Source: an uncultured delta proteobacterium
Lineage (GTDB): Bacteria; Myxococcota; Myxococcia; Myxococcales; Anaeromyxobacteraceae
Direction of reading: 5' to 3'
Length of the DNA: 64,000 nt
Assembly (NCBI GenBank): GCA_963828255.1
Contig: CAWHDZ010000040.1
Span: 128,001 to 192,000, forward strand
The notes under the pieces were generated by a model. That model made no database searches. It was not told the DNA's origin and worked only from the letters and a program-made list of their open reading frames with translations. Positions 48,677 through 57,922 of this stretch are shown in pieces. Position numbers and translations under genes: made by a program. Position 1 is the first letter of the stretch. Each line of letters begins with the position of its first letter.

Positions 48677-49504
48677 ATGCCCGACAAGCTCCTCACCAGC
48701 GCCCAGGTGGCCCGGATCCTCGGGGTCACGCCGGGTTCGGTGAAGCGCTGGGCCGACATGGGACTTCTCCGCTGCGCCCGGACCGCGGGGCGCCACCGCC
48801 GGTTCGACCCCGTGGAGGTGGAGCGCTTCCTGAAGGACCAGACGGGCGTGGTCCAGCCGGAGCACGGACCGGACGTCGAGGGCTGGATGGAGATCCTCCT
48901 CTCCGACTGCGACACCCACCAGCTGCTCGCCACCCTCTACGCGGAGCGGGCGCGGCTCGGCTCCTGGTGGAGGGTTGCCGAGTCCCTGGCCGCGGTGCTG
49001 GAGGAGATCGGGGAGCGCTGGGCGGAGGGGACGCTCTCCATCCTCGAGGAGCACGTCGCCACCGAGCGGCTCTCCCGCTGCCTGACCCAGGTCTCCGACC
49101 AGCTGCCGTCGCGCCCCGGCGCCCCGCGGCTCCTCCTCACCACCGCGGAGGGGGAGGAGCACACCCTCGGCCTCCTGCTCGCAGAGATCGTCGTCCGGGA
49201 GCACGGCTGGCCGGTCCTCTGGGCCGGGCGGCGCGTGCCGCTCGCCGAGATCGTGGCCCACGTGGCCAGCGGGAGCGTCGATGCCGTGGCCGTCTCGGCC
49301 AGCTCGGTGGCCGACCCGGGCGACCTCCTGGCCCAGACCGAGCGGCTCGGCGCCATCTGCCGGGCCGGCGAGGTCCAGCTGCTCCTCGGCGGCTCCGGCC
49401 CCTGGCCGGAGTGGATCCCCTATGGAGCCCGGGTGGTCACCTTCCAGGAGCTCCGTGGGTGGCTCAAGCTCGTCGAGGCCGGGTCCAGGCCGGACCCGGC
49501 GTGA
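48677..49504 (+). CDS. MerR-like HTH / cobalamin-binding regulator (CarH/LitR-like)
   Basis: LTSAQVARILGVTPGSVKRWAD...RTAGRHRRF; IGERW-x9-EH; GEEHTLG B12-binding motif. Confidence 0.85.
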   Translation: MPDKLLTSAQVARILGVTPGSVKRWADMGLLRCARTAGRHRRFDPVEVERFLKDQTGVVQPEHGPDVEGWMEILLSDCDTHQLLATLYAERARLGSWWRVAESLAAVLEEIGERWAEGTLSILEEHVATERLSRCLTQVSDQLPSRPGAPRLLLTTAEGEEHTLGLLLAEIVVREHGWPVLWAGRRVPLAEIVAHVASGSVDAVAVSASSVADPGDLLAQTERLGAICRAGEVQLLLGGSGPWPEWIPYGARVVTFQELRGWLKLVEAGSRPDPA

Positions 49505-50733
49505 ATCCCTCTCGCCGGGAGCGAAGCGTGCTGCTCCTGGTGGCGGCGGTCCAGTTCGTCAACGTCCTCGACTTCGTCATGGTCGTCCCGCTGGGGCCCG
49601 ACTTCGCCGCAGCGCTGGGGATCCCCATGTCCAGCCTCGGTCTCGTCACCGGCAGCTACACGCTGGCGGCGGCCGCGGCGGGGGCGGCGGGATCCGGCTT
49701 CCTCGACCGGTTCGACCGGCGCTCGGCGCTCGCCGTCGCCATGGCGGGGCTGGTGGTTGCGACGGCCGCGGCCGGGCTGGCCACGGGGCTCTGGACGCTG
49801 CTGGCTGCGCGGGTGGTGGCCGGACTCTTCGGGGGACCGGCCACCTCGCTCGCCTTCGCCATCGTCGCCGACACCGTGCCCCCGGAGCGGCGCGGCCGCG
49901 CCATGGGGCTGGTCATGGGGGCGTTCTCGGTGGCCACCGTGGTCGGGGTGCCGGCCGGGCTCTGGATGGCCCAGGCCGGCGGGTGGCGTACCCCGTTCCT
50001 GGCCGTGGCCGGCATGGGTGTGGTCGTCGCCGCCGGTGCGCTCTTCCTCATGCCGCCCATGCGCGGCCATCTCGTGCACGCCCGGGCCGCCGCGGCGCGG
50101 GGCTACGCCTTCCTTCGCGAGCCTGCAGCGCTGCTCAGCCTCTCGGCGACGGCCACGGCCATGGCCGGCACCTTCGCCCTCGTCCCGAACCTGGCCGCCT
50201 TCCTCCAGTTCAACGCAGGACTGCCCCGCGACCGGCTCGGCTTCCTCTACATGGCCGGGGGGGTGCTCTCCTTCGCGGTTCTCCGGGTGGTGGGGCGCGC
50301 CGTCGATCGCTTCGGCGCCCCTCGGACGGCGGCCGCGGGGACTGCGGTGCTGCTGCTCAACCTGGCGCTCGACTTCGCACCGCCGGCGCCCCTCCTGCCG
50401 GCCTGGGCGATCTTCATCCTCTTCATCCTGGCCAACTCGGTCCGGAACCCGTCCCTCTCCACGCTGGCGTCGCGGGTGCCGTGGGCCTCGGAGCGTGCCC
50501 GCTTCCAGTCCACGCAGTCGGCCGTGCAGCACCTGGCCTCCGCCGGCGGGGCCCTGCTCTCCTCGGCGCTGCTTTCGACCGGGGAGGGAGGGGCCCTCGT
50601 GGGGATGTGGAAGGTGGCGGCCTTCTCCGGGGCGATGGCGGTGGCGTTGCCGCTCCTGCTCGCCGCGGTGCAGCCCCGGGTCCTGCGGCGCGAGGCCGAG
50701 GAGCGGGGCGCGGAGGCGCGGGCGGTTCCCTAG
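49501..50733 (+). CDS. MFS transporter
   Basis: GTGA overlap; FLDRFDRRSAL, RVVAGLFGG, DTVPPERRGRAMG; ~12 TM. Confidence 0.9.
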   Translation: MNPSRRERSVLLLVAAVQFVNVLDFVMVVPLGPDFAAALGIPMSSLGLVTGSYTLAAAAAGAAGSGFLDRFDRRSALAVAMAGLVVATAAAGLATGLWTLLAARVVAGLFGGPATSLAFAIVADTVPPERRGRAMGLVMGAFSVATVVGVPAGLWMAQAGGWRTPFLAVAGMGVVVAAGALFLMPPMRGHLVHARAAAARGYAFLREPAALLSLSATATAMAGTFALVPNLAAFLQFNAGLPRDRLGFLYMAGGVLSFAVLRVVGRAVDRFGAPRTAAAGTAVLLLNLALDFAPPAPLLPAWAIFILFILANSVRNPSLSTLASRVPWASERARFQSTQSAVQHLASAGGALLSSALLSTGEGGALVGMWKVAAFSGAMAVALPLLLAAVQPRVLRREAEERGAEARAVP

Positions 50734-50990
50734 CCTTCGCCGCGCAGGATGGCGTCGAGCTTTCCCTGCCGGTCGAGGGCGTCGATGTCGGAGAACCCTC
50801 CGAGCGACCGATCGCCCACGAAGATCTGGGGCACGGTGCGCTGGCCGGTGGCCTCGACGAGCCAGGCGCGCAGCGCGTCGTCGTGCTCGGCGTCGATTTC
50901 CTCGTAGGCGATCCCCTTGCGGTCGAGCAGCGCCTTGGCCCTCACGCAGTAGGGGCACTGCTCCTTCGAGTAGATCCTGACGTTCGCCAT
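50730..50990 (-). CDS. grxC: Glutaredoxin 3
   Basis: CPYC, RTVPQIF, GGFSD. Confidence 0.92.
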   Translation of the reverse strand: MANVRIYSKEQCPYCVRAKALLDRKGIAYEEIDAEHDDALRAWLVEATGQRTVPQIFVGDRSLGGFSDIDALDRQGKLDAILRGEG

Positions 50991-51005
50991 GGAAACTCCC
51001 TTCGG

Positions 51006-51848
51006 CTAAGGGCCCAACGGAACGGTGAAGGGGCCCACCACCGCCTGCCCGCCGCGCAGGTCGAGGGCGACCACCCAGACCTCGGCCGAGGTCTGGCCGG
51101 GGAGCAGCCCGGTCCCCTCGAGGTCGGTGGTGGTGTCCGTGCCCGTGGTGATGCCCTCGGCGAAGGTCCCGGCGGTCGTGTAGAAGTAGCCGGTCATGGT
51201 CTCGGTCTGGGTGACGCCGGCCGCATTCACGTAGCTCTGGACGCTGAGTGGATCGATGAGGAGGCGAACGGGCAAGATCCCGTTCACCGGAAGCGGAGGG
51301 GTGGGCACGCCCACCTGCGCGGGCTGGCCGCCGATCTCGACCCCGAGGATCACCGGGGGAAGGTTGGGATCGGGCGGGGCACTGCGGGTCCACTGCGGGA
51401 TCTGGAGCACGGCCTCGCGCGAATCGGGGCCGTCGGTGACGACCCGGTAGCGGAAGACGGTCAGAAGCTGGTCGGGGACGCTCGGGGGGAGGACCCCGCC
51501 GCCGATCCCCAGGCACTGCAGGAGGATCGCGGTGGGGTTGGCCGTGACCGATCCGTCCGGGGAGGCGGGGACGTCCACCTCGCACTGCGGGACCGCGCAG
51601 GCATAGGCGGCCACGGCCCCCGCGCTGACGGGGCAGAAGGTCCAGCGCTGCTCCACGACGGTGGAACCGGGCGGCAGGTAGTTCCAGGGCTGGATGGTCA
51701 CCGGCTGCCCGGGGGCGAGCTCGAGGGGGTCGGCCACGAGCGCGAGCACCCGGAGTCCGAGGAGGTTGGACTGGGGGGCGAAGTCGTTCGTACAGCCGGC
51801 CGTGAGGAGCGAGGCGGCGAGGAGCGAGACGGCGAGGGATTGGCTCAT
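51006..51848 (-). CDS. Lipoprotein associated with TonB-dependent receptor
   Basis: Lipobox LTAG-C; LRVLALVADP; VWVVALDLRGG. Confidence 0.75.
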   Translation of the reverse strand: MSQSLAVSLLAASLLTAGCTNDFAPQSNLLGLRVLALVADPLELAPGQPVTIQPWNYLPPGSTVVEQRWTFCPVSAGAVAAYACAVPQCEVDVPASPDGSVTANPTAILLQCLGIGGGVLPPSVPDQLLTVFRYRVVTDGPDSREAVLQIPQWTRSAPPDPNLPPVILGVEIGGQPAQVGVPTPPLPVNGILPVRLLIDPLSVQSYVNAAGVTQTETMTGYFYTTAGTFAEGITTGTDTTTDLEGTGLLPGQTSAEVWVVALDLRGGQAVVGPFTVPLGP

Positions 51849-54439
51849 CACCACTCTCCCTTCAGCCCGAGGATGGGCAGGATGGGAAGTCCGGTCGAGG
51901 GCGTACGCTCGGTGTAATCGTAGTTGTACGTCCAGCCTTCCTGGTTCTCTCGATTGGTCACGTTCTGGGTGTCGAGGTACAGGGTGAGCGTCCAGTCCTT
52001 GAAGGTCCAGACCTTGTCGACGCGCAGGTCGAGGGCCCAGAAGCTGGCCAGCCGGTCGCTGTTGGTCTCCCCGTAGACGGGGACGAAGACGCCGGTGGCA
52101 GAGTCGAAGACCGAGCCCACCACCGGGGTGTAGGGGTTGCCCGAGACGAGCCGGAAGCGCGCTCCGGCGGACCAGCCGCGCCCCAGCTGGTAGGTGCCGA
52201 GCACGGTCAGGTTGTTCGGCTGGTCGAAGTCGTAGGGACGCTGGGCGTCCGGGGGATCGCTGCGCAGCGACCGCTGGAAGGAGTAGGCCAGCCAGCCCGC
52301 GAAGCTGTCGCCGATGGCCACCTTGAGCAGGGTCTCCACGCCGTAGATGGTCCCGGTGCCGGTGCTCGTGTAGCGCGGGGCGTTCGGGTCGAAGTTCGAG
52401 GCCGAGTTGGGGATGGCCTGCTGGGTGAGCGCCTTGTAGAAGCCGGTCACGTCGAGGGAGATCCCCTCCATGAACTTCTGCCCCACCCCGACGCTGGTCT
52501 GCAGGCTCCGCTCGGGATCGAGCCAGGGGTTGCCCGTGGCCGAGTTGGTCTTCTGCGGGCTGGGCGCCTGCTGGTACATGCCCACCGCACCGCGGATCAC
52601 CGTGCCGGGAACCACCTCCCAGCGGGCCAGCAGGCGCGGATCCACGGCCCACTGGTTGATGTCCGAGAACCAGTTGGCGCGGACACCCGGGAGGATGGAG
52701 AGGTTGGGAATGGGGGCCCAGCGGAGCTCGGCGAAGAGCGCCGGTGAGTAGTACATGGTGGTGAGCTGGGCGCCGATCTGTGGCAGCGACGAGGGGGGCA
52801 GGGGGTTGGCCCCGGTGGAGTTGGGCAGGTTGACCGCGATGGCCGCCCGTCCCATCTCGGCGTCGATGCCGGCCCGCAGGTTCCACTGCGAGGAGAAGTC
52901 GTAGGCCCAGGTGCTGCGCAGCGAGAGGCGTCGCAGGTTCAGGTCGAAGAAGTACTGGGGCCCGATCTGCGTGCGGATCTCCTGGAGGCCGATCACCACC
53001 GAGGAGTCCTGGCGGAACCGCTCCGAGAAGGTGTTCTGGTACTGGGCCTGGAGGTTGTAGAAGGAGACCCGCGCGTCGAGTTGGCCGGTGATGGTCGGAT
53101 CGCGCATGGGATTGTCGAAGAGCGCAACCAGCCGGTCCATCGAGCCGTAGAAGATGATTCGCAGCTTCTGGCTGGCGTCCGGGCTCCAGCTGGCGATGAA
53201 CTGGAAGTCGTAGAAGCGCGGGGCCGTGCTGAATGAGAGGTTGGAGTCCTTGGGGAGGAAGACGGGGAGGATGGTGTCGATCCAGGAACGCCGGGCGGCG
53301 CCGCCCAGCGACCAGCCGCCGCCCAGCCCGCCCTCCATCGCCACGCCCACGTCGTACAGGTTCACGTCGGCCTGTCCGTGGAACCCGTCCTGCCGGGGGT
53401 CGCGGACCCGCACGTCGATGATGCCGCCCTGGGCGCGCCCGTAGTCCACCGAGAAGTTGCCGGGTACGAACTCGACCGACTGGAGGAAGGCCGGGGCGTA
53501 GGTGCTGCGGATCCCGCCGAAGTGGTAGAGCTGGGGAATCTGCTGCGACTCGAGGAAGACCTTGCTGTCACCGGGGGCCGAGCCGCGCAGCACGAGGAGT
53601 CCGGCGCCGAAGGGGGCGCGGGCCGCGCCGGGGAGGTTCAGGACCGCCTTCAGCGTGTCGCCGGCCGAGCCGGGAACCGTGAAGACCTGCTCGGCGGTGA
53701 GGACGTCCTTCATGACCTCGCGCTGGATGGCCGAGGCGCTCACCACCGTCTCGTTGGGACCACCCAGGCTCTCGAGGAGGAAGTTCTCCTCACGGACCTC
53801 TCCGGCCTGCCCCGTCACGAGCAGGTCGAGCCTCTGCCGTTCGGGAGGGGAAGCCAGGAGCCGGAACTCCCCGGCAGGCGCCTCGATCTGGAAGCGCCCG
53901 GAGCCGTCGGTCGTGGCGCGGGCCACGACCTCCTGCCCGACCACCGCCGAGACCTCCACGTTGGGGATGGGAAGGCGGGAGCCCCGCTCGAGGAGGTAGC
54001 CGGTGAGCTTCACCGGCGCGGGAGGCGGCGCGGCAGGCTCCTGGATTCGCAGCCGGAAGGTCACGGTGACCGGAACCGGCTCGCCGGTGGTGAGACGGCC
54101 GGGCTCGAAGTCGAAACGGCGCGCCGCCGACAGGGCCGCGGAGTCGAAGGGCTCGCCGGCGCCGCTCTCCACCGACGCCTTCTCCACCTTGCCCTCGGCG
54201 GAGACGTCGAGCGAGAGCACCACCACCACCTCGGGCGACGGGAACACCGTGCCGGGCGGGACGTCGGCCGGCACGAGCTCCTTCAGGCGGGGGGAGGTCG
54301 CGAGCGTCGGTTCGGGCGCAGGTGGAGGTGGGGTCTCGACCGTCCTGGTGACCTGGGCGCCCTGCGCGGCACCCTGGGCGGGGCCGGCGAGGAGCCAGAG
54401 GAGCGACAGGAGCGGCACGGTACGGCCGGAACAGTGCAT
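51848..54439 (-). CDS. TonB-dependent receptor with N-terminal TonB-C and carboxypeptidase-regulatory-like domains
   Basis: Signal peptide; FDSAALSAARRFDFEP; plug LPGAAR...LRGSAP, PQLYHFGG, PGNFSVDYGR..GGI; LDLRVDK; terminal LGLKGEW. Confidence 0.9.
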   Translation of the reverse strand: MHCSGRTVPLLSLLWLLAGPAQGAAQGAQVTRTVETPPPPAPEPTLATSPRLKELVPADVPPGTVFPSPEVVVVLSLDVSAEGKVEKASVESGAGEPFDSAALSAARRFDFEPGRLTTGEPVPVTVTFRLRIQEPAAPPPAPVKLTGYLLERGSRLPIPNVEVSAVVGQEVVARATTDGSGRFQIEAPAGEFRLLASPPERQRLDLLVTGQAGEVREENFLLESLGGPNETVVSASAIQREVMKDVLTAEQVFTVPGSAGDTLKAVLNLPGAARAPFGAGLLVLRGSAPGDSKVFLESQQIPQLYHFGGIRSTYAPAFLQSVEFVPGNFSVDYGRAQGGIIDVRVRDPRQDGFHGQADVNLYDVGVAMEGGLGGGWSLGGAARRSWIDTILPVFLPKDSNLSFSTAPRFYDFQFIASWSPDASQKLRIIFYGSMDRLVALFDNPMRDPTITGQLDARVSFYNLQAQYQNTFSERFRQDSSVVIGLQEIRTQIGPQYFFDLNLRRLSLRSTWAYDFSSQWNLRAGIDAEMGRAAIAVNLPNSTGANPLPPSSLPQIGAQLTTMYYSPALFAELRWAPIPNLSILPGVRANWFSDINQWAVDPRLLARWEVVPGTVIRGAVGMYQQAPSPQKTNSATGNPWLDPERSLQTSVGVGQKFMEGISLDVTGFYKALTQQAIPNSASNFDPNAPRYTSTGTGTIYGVETLLKVAIGDSFAGWLAYSFQRSLRSDPPDAQRPYDFDQPNNLTVLGTYQLGRGWSAGARFRLVSGNPYTPVVGSVFDSATGVFVPVYGETNSDRLASFWALDLRVDKVWTFKDWTLTLYLDTQNVTNRENQEGWTYNYDYTERTPSTGLPILPILGLKGEW

Positions 54440-54443
54440 CGGT

Positions 54444-55175
54444 TCACCCCTCGAGACGGAACTTGTACGTCCAGGCGACGGTGGCCGGCACCGCCTTGCC
54501 GCCCCGCGTGGCAGGGCGGAAGCGGAACCGCTTGACGAGCCGCTGCGCCACCTCGTCGAAGCCGTTGCCGGCGGAGCGTACCACGCGCGATCCGGTGACC
54601 TCTCCCGTGGCCGAGACCTCGAGCTCCAGCCGGACGTCCCCCTCGAGCCCGGAGCGGCGGGCAGCGTCCGGGTAGAGGGCGCGCATCTCGGCCGGGCCGG
54701 GCTGGGCGATGAGCGAGGGGGCGGAATCGGGCTCGGTGTAGTAGGCCGGGGCGTCGGCGCGGTCGCTGGTGCCTCCCGGCGTGGCGCGGAGCGCGGGCGC
54801 GGAGCCGGCCGGGGCGGTGGGGACGGCGATCCCGCCACCGGGGACGGTGGCCTCGAGCGAGACGGCGAAGCGGCGCGGCGCGGCCGGCGGAGGCGGGGTG
54901 GCGCTGCGTGGGGTCTCGAGGAGCGGAGCCGGGGCGGGGGGCGTCTTCGTGGCCGCCTTCGCCACCTCCATCTTGCGGGGAGGCACGGGTGGCGGCGGGG
55001 GCGGGGGTTCGGGAGCCGTTGGCCGGGATTCGACGAGGGTCACCCGGGTGGGCGGGCGGCGTTCGCCCGTGGCGCGCCGGGTCGCGGGCGCCAGGAATAC
55101 CCAGGCGAAGAAGGCCGCGTAGACGACGAGCGCGATCCCCCAGCCCTGGGCGGCGGTGTTGACGACGCGGGTCAC
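54444..55175 (-). CDS. tonB: Energy transducer TonB
   Basis: TM anchor, Pro-rich linker, YPDAARRSGLEGDV, FRFRPA. Confidence 0.9.
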   Translation of the reverse strand: MTRVVNTAAQGWGIALVVYAAFFAWVFLAPATRRATGERRPPTRVTLVESRPTAPEPPPPPPPVPPRKMEVAKAATKTPPAPAPLLETPRSATPPPPAAPRRFAVSLEATVPGGGIAVPTAPAGSAPALRATPGGTSDRADAPAYYTEPDSAPSLIAQPGPAEMRALYPDAARRSGLEGDVRLELEVSATGEVTGSRVVRSAGNGFDEVAQRLVKRFRFRPATRGGKAVPATVAWTYKFRLEG

Positions 55176-55609
55176 TTCCCGGAGGCCTCGATGGGCTTGG
55201 TGTCGAGAGCGATGTCGGTGACGCCCTCCTGCCGCAGCCGGTCCACCACCTCGGCGAACCGGCCGTACGGAGCCGACACGTCGGCCGAGACGAAGCCGGT
55301 GAGCTTCAGCCCGGGGTCGAGCCGCTTGCGAGCCTCGGCCACCGCGCGGGGGATGTCGTCCACACTGCCCCGCTGGCCGTTCACGTAGAGTTCTCCGGTG
55401 GAGGCCACGACGAGCGCGAGCAGCCCCACCGCGGTCTCCGAGCCGGTGGCGGCGCGAGGGACCTCGACCTCGATGCTCCTCGAGACGATGAGCGAGGAGG
55501 TCACGAGGAAGACGATGAGCAGGACGAGCATCACGTCCACCACCGGGGTGATGTTCACCCCGGTGACCAGCTCGTCGGCCGGGTCGGTTCCGAAGCCGCC
55601 GGTGTTCAC
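55172..55609 (-). CDS. exbD: Biopolymer transporter ExbD
   Basis: VNITPVVDVMLVLLIVFLVT, SADVSAPYG. Confidence 0.92.
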   Translation of the reverse strand: MNTGGFGTDPADELVTGVNITPVVDVMLVLLIVFLVTSSLIVSRSIEVEVPRAATGSETAVGLLALVVASTGELYVNGQRGSVDDIPRAVAEARKRLDPGLKLTGFVSADVSAPYGRFAEVVDRLRQEGVTDIALDTKPIEASGK

Positions 55610-56259
55610 TGCACGTCCTCCGACTCCAGCCGCCCCAGGTTGGCGAGCACCTCGCGCATGAGCGACTCGGCCTCGCGGAGGCGGACGCCCATGTGGGCCT
55701 TGAGCAGATTGTAGGCCACCACCCCGGGAACGGCGACGAAGATGCCAAAGGCGGTGGAGGCGAGGGCCTCGGCGATGGAGGACATCACCTGGGGATTCCC
55801 CGCCGACTGGGTGGTGCCGGCCTGCCCCAGGCCGTAGAAGGCTCCGACGATCCCGATGATGGTGCCGAGCAGTCCGACCAGCGGCGCGATGTTCGCGATG
55901 GTGGTGAGCCAGGCGACGCGCGCGTCGTAGCGGGTGCGCTCGGCGGCCAGGGCGGCCAGCATCTCCTCCTCGACCGACTTGGGGTCGCGCTCGCCCCGGC
56001 CGACGGCGTCGAGGCCGGCGCGAAGCACGTTGCGAACGAGCGAGTCGCCGGCCACGAGCGTCCGGGCCGAGCCCAGGTCCTGGCGGCGCAGTGCGTCCTG
56101 GAGGCCCGACTGGAGGGCGGAGAAGCGCTCCCGGGTGCGCCAGTAGAGCAGGAGCCGGTCGATGGTGATGGCCAGCCCGATGAAGGAGGCGATCACCAGG
56201 ACCCAGTTGACCCATTCGGCGCCGAGGAGGTTCAGCTCGAGGAATCTCTTCGTCAGCAT
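55606..56259 (-). CDS. exbB: MotA/TolQ/ExbB proton channel
   Basis: TIANIAPLVGLLGTIIGI, IAEALASTAFGIFVAVP. Confidence 0.92.
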   Translation of the reverse strand: MLTKRFLELNLLGAEWVNWVLVIASFIGLAITIDRLLLYWRTRERFSALQSGLQDALRRQDLGSARTLVAGDSLVRNVLRAGLDAVGRGERDPKSVEEEMLAALAAERTRYDARVAWLTTIANIAPLVGLLGTIIGIVGAFYGLGQAGTTQSAGNPQVMSSIAEALASTAFGIFVAVPGVVAYNLLKAHMGVRLREAESLMREVLANLGRLESEDVQ

Positions 56260-56282
56260 GCGTGCACCCGGAACATCCGTTG

Positions 56283-56325
56283 AATATAATGAACCGCGCG
56301 ACCCATGTAATTTGACGCGGGTCGC
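56283..56325. promoter_or_regulatory. Divergent promoters with inverted repeat (candidate TetR operator)
   Basis: Minus TTACAT-N16-TATATT; plus TATAAT at 56285; GCGACCC-N14-GGGTCGC at 56298-56325. Confidence 0.55.
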
Positions 56326-56353
56326 CAGGCAAGTGAAACGAAGGGTCAGGCCG

Positions 56354-56989
56354 ATGGGACGCAGGGCAGGCTCGAGGAACCTGGACTACGCCCGGACAAG
56401 GTCCGAGATCGTCGGTCGCCTGACCGCCACGATATTGTCGTCCGGTCGTCACAATCTGAGTTTCCGCGAGCTCGCCCAGGCCGCGGGAGTGGCCCCCTCC
56501 ACGCTGCGCCACTACTTCGAGGACCGGGAGGCGGTGCTGGTGGCCGTGATGGACCAGGTCCACGACCTCGGGCTCCGCTACGTCGCGGAGGGAGCCACCG
56601 CCGAGCACGGTGCGGCCCCGGAATCGCTGCGCTGGTTCCTCGGGTTCCTGGTGGAAGGGTGGGGGCGCGGCGTGGGCCGGGCCCACGAGCTGGGGCTGAC
56701 CGAGGGCATCGGGGACGGCGCGCTCGGCCCCGCCTACCTGCGCACGCTCCTCGAGCCCACGCTCCACTCGGCGGAGGCCCGCATCGCGCTGCACATGGCG
56801 CGCGGGGAGGTCGGGCCGTGCGACGTCCGGGTCGCGGCCGTGGAGCTGGTCGCGCCGGTGGTGATCGTGCTGCTCCACCAGCGCGCGCTGGGCGGGTCGT
56901 CGGTCCGGCACCTCGACGTGGAATCCTTCCTCGACGAGCACGTGGCGCGCTTCCTCCGCGCCTTCGGGCCGCGCCCGGCCGCCGCCTGA
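56354..56989 (+). CDS. TetR/AcrR family transcriptional regulator
   Basis: LSFRELAQAAGVAPSTLRHYFEDREAVL HTH. Confidence 0.88.
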   Translation: MGRRAGSRNLDYARTRSEIVGRLTATILSSGRHNLSFRELAQAAGVAPSTLRHYFEDREAVLVAVMDQVHDLGLRYVAEGATAEHGAAPESLRWFLGFLVEGWGRGVGRAHELGLTEGIGDGALGPAYLRTLLEPTLHSAEARIALHMARGEVGPCDVRVAAVELVAPVVIVLLHQRALGGSSVRHLDVESFLDEHVARFLRAFGPRPAAA

Positions 56990-57004
56990 CCCGTCCCGGG
57001 CCGT

Positions 57005-57892
57005 TCACGCCCAGTCGCGAGGGGTCCGGATCACCTGGAGGAGCCGCTCCTCCTCGCTGCCCGGCTCCGGGTGGTGGTCGTAGCGCCACTGCACCCGCGG
57101 CGGGAGGGACATGAGGATCGACTCGGTGCGCCCGCCCGTCTCCAGGCCGAAGACCGTCCCGCGGTCGTGGAGCAGGTTGAACTCCACGTAGCGCCCCCGG
57201 CGGATCTCCTGCCACTCCCGCTCCCGTTCGCCCCAGGAGAGCGCCCGGCGCCGCTCCGCGATGGGCAGCCATGCCCGGAGGAAGGAGCGCCCCACGTCCT
57301 CCACGAGGGAGAGCTCCTTCCACGGGTCGCCGCCCAGGTCCTCGAAGAAGATCCCGCCCACGCCCCGGTGCTCGCCCCGGTGCGGGAGGAAGAAGTAGGA
57401 GTCGCAGGTCCGCTTCCACTCCGCGTAGCTGCCCGGCCTGTGGCGCTCGCAGGCCCCGCGGAGCTCCCCGTGGAACCATGCGGCGTCCTCCTCGAAGAGG
57501 TAGTACGGCGTCAGGTCGGCCCCTCCGCCGAACCAGGCCTTCGACCCCCGGGCCAGCAGCCGGACGTTCATGTGCGTGGTCGGGATCCACGGGCTGCGCG
57601 GGTGGAGGACGAGCGAGAGCCCCACCGCCGCGAAGGTGTCGCCGTCCCCGGGGAGGCGCGCCGCCATGCGGGGAGGGACGGGCCCGTGCACCCGGGAGAC
57701 GTTGACGCCGCCCTTCTCCACGAGGGCGCCCCCGGCGAGGACGCGGGTCACGCCTCCTCCGCCCCCGGCGCGCTGCCACGCGTCCCGGGCGAAGCGCCCC
57801 TCGCCGTCGGCCGCCTCGATCGCGGCCGCGATCGCCGCCTGGAGGTCCAGGACCAGGGACTCCATCGCATCCACCAGCCGTGCGTGCTCCAT
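57005..57892 (-). CDS. hemF: Oxygen-dependent coproporphyrinogen III oxidase
   Basis: EKGGVNVS, HPRSP..PTTHMNVR, WFGGGADLTP, RRGRYVEFNL.DRGT.FGL, ESILMSLP. Confidence 0.95.
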   Translation of the reverse strand: MEHARLVDAMESLVLDLQAAIAAAIEAADGEGRFARDAWQRAGGGGGVTRVLAGGALVEKGGVNVSRVHGPVPPRMAARLPGDGDTFAAVGLSLVLHPRSPWIPTTHMNVRLLARGSKAWFGGGADLTPYYLFEEDAAWFHGELRGACERHRPGSYAEWKRTCDSYFFLPHRGEHRGVGGIFFEDLGGDPWKELSLVEDVGRSFLRAWLPIAERRRALSWGEREREWQEIRRGRYVEFNLLHDRGTVFGLETGGRTESILMSLPPRVQWRYDHHPEPGSEEERLLQVIRTPRDWA

Positions 57893-57922
57893 CGCTCCTC
57901 CGGGCGTCGTCCCTGGTGGGCG

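Noticed and set aside
56278..56296. Possible Fur box upstream of exbB
   Set aside because: Only a partial ATAATGA match, better explained by overlapping -10 elements
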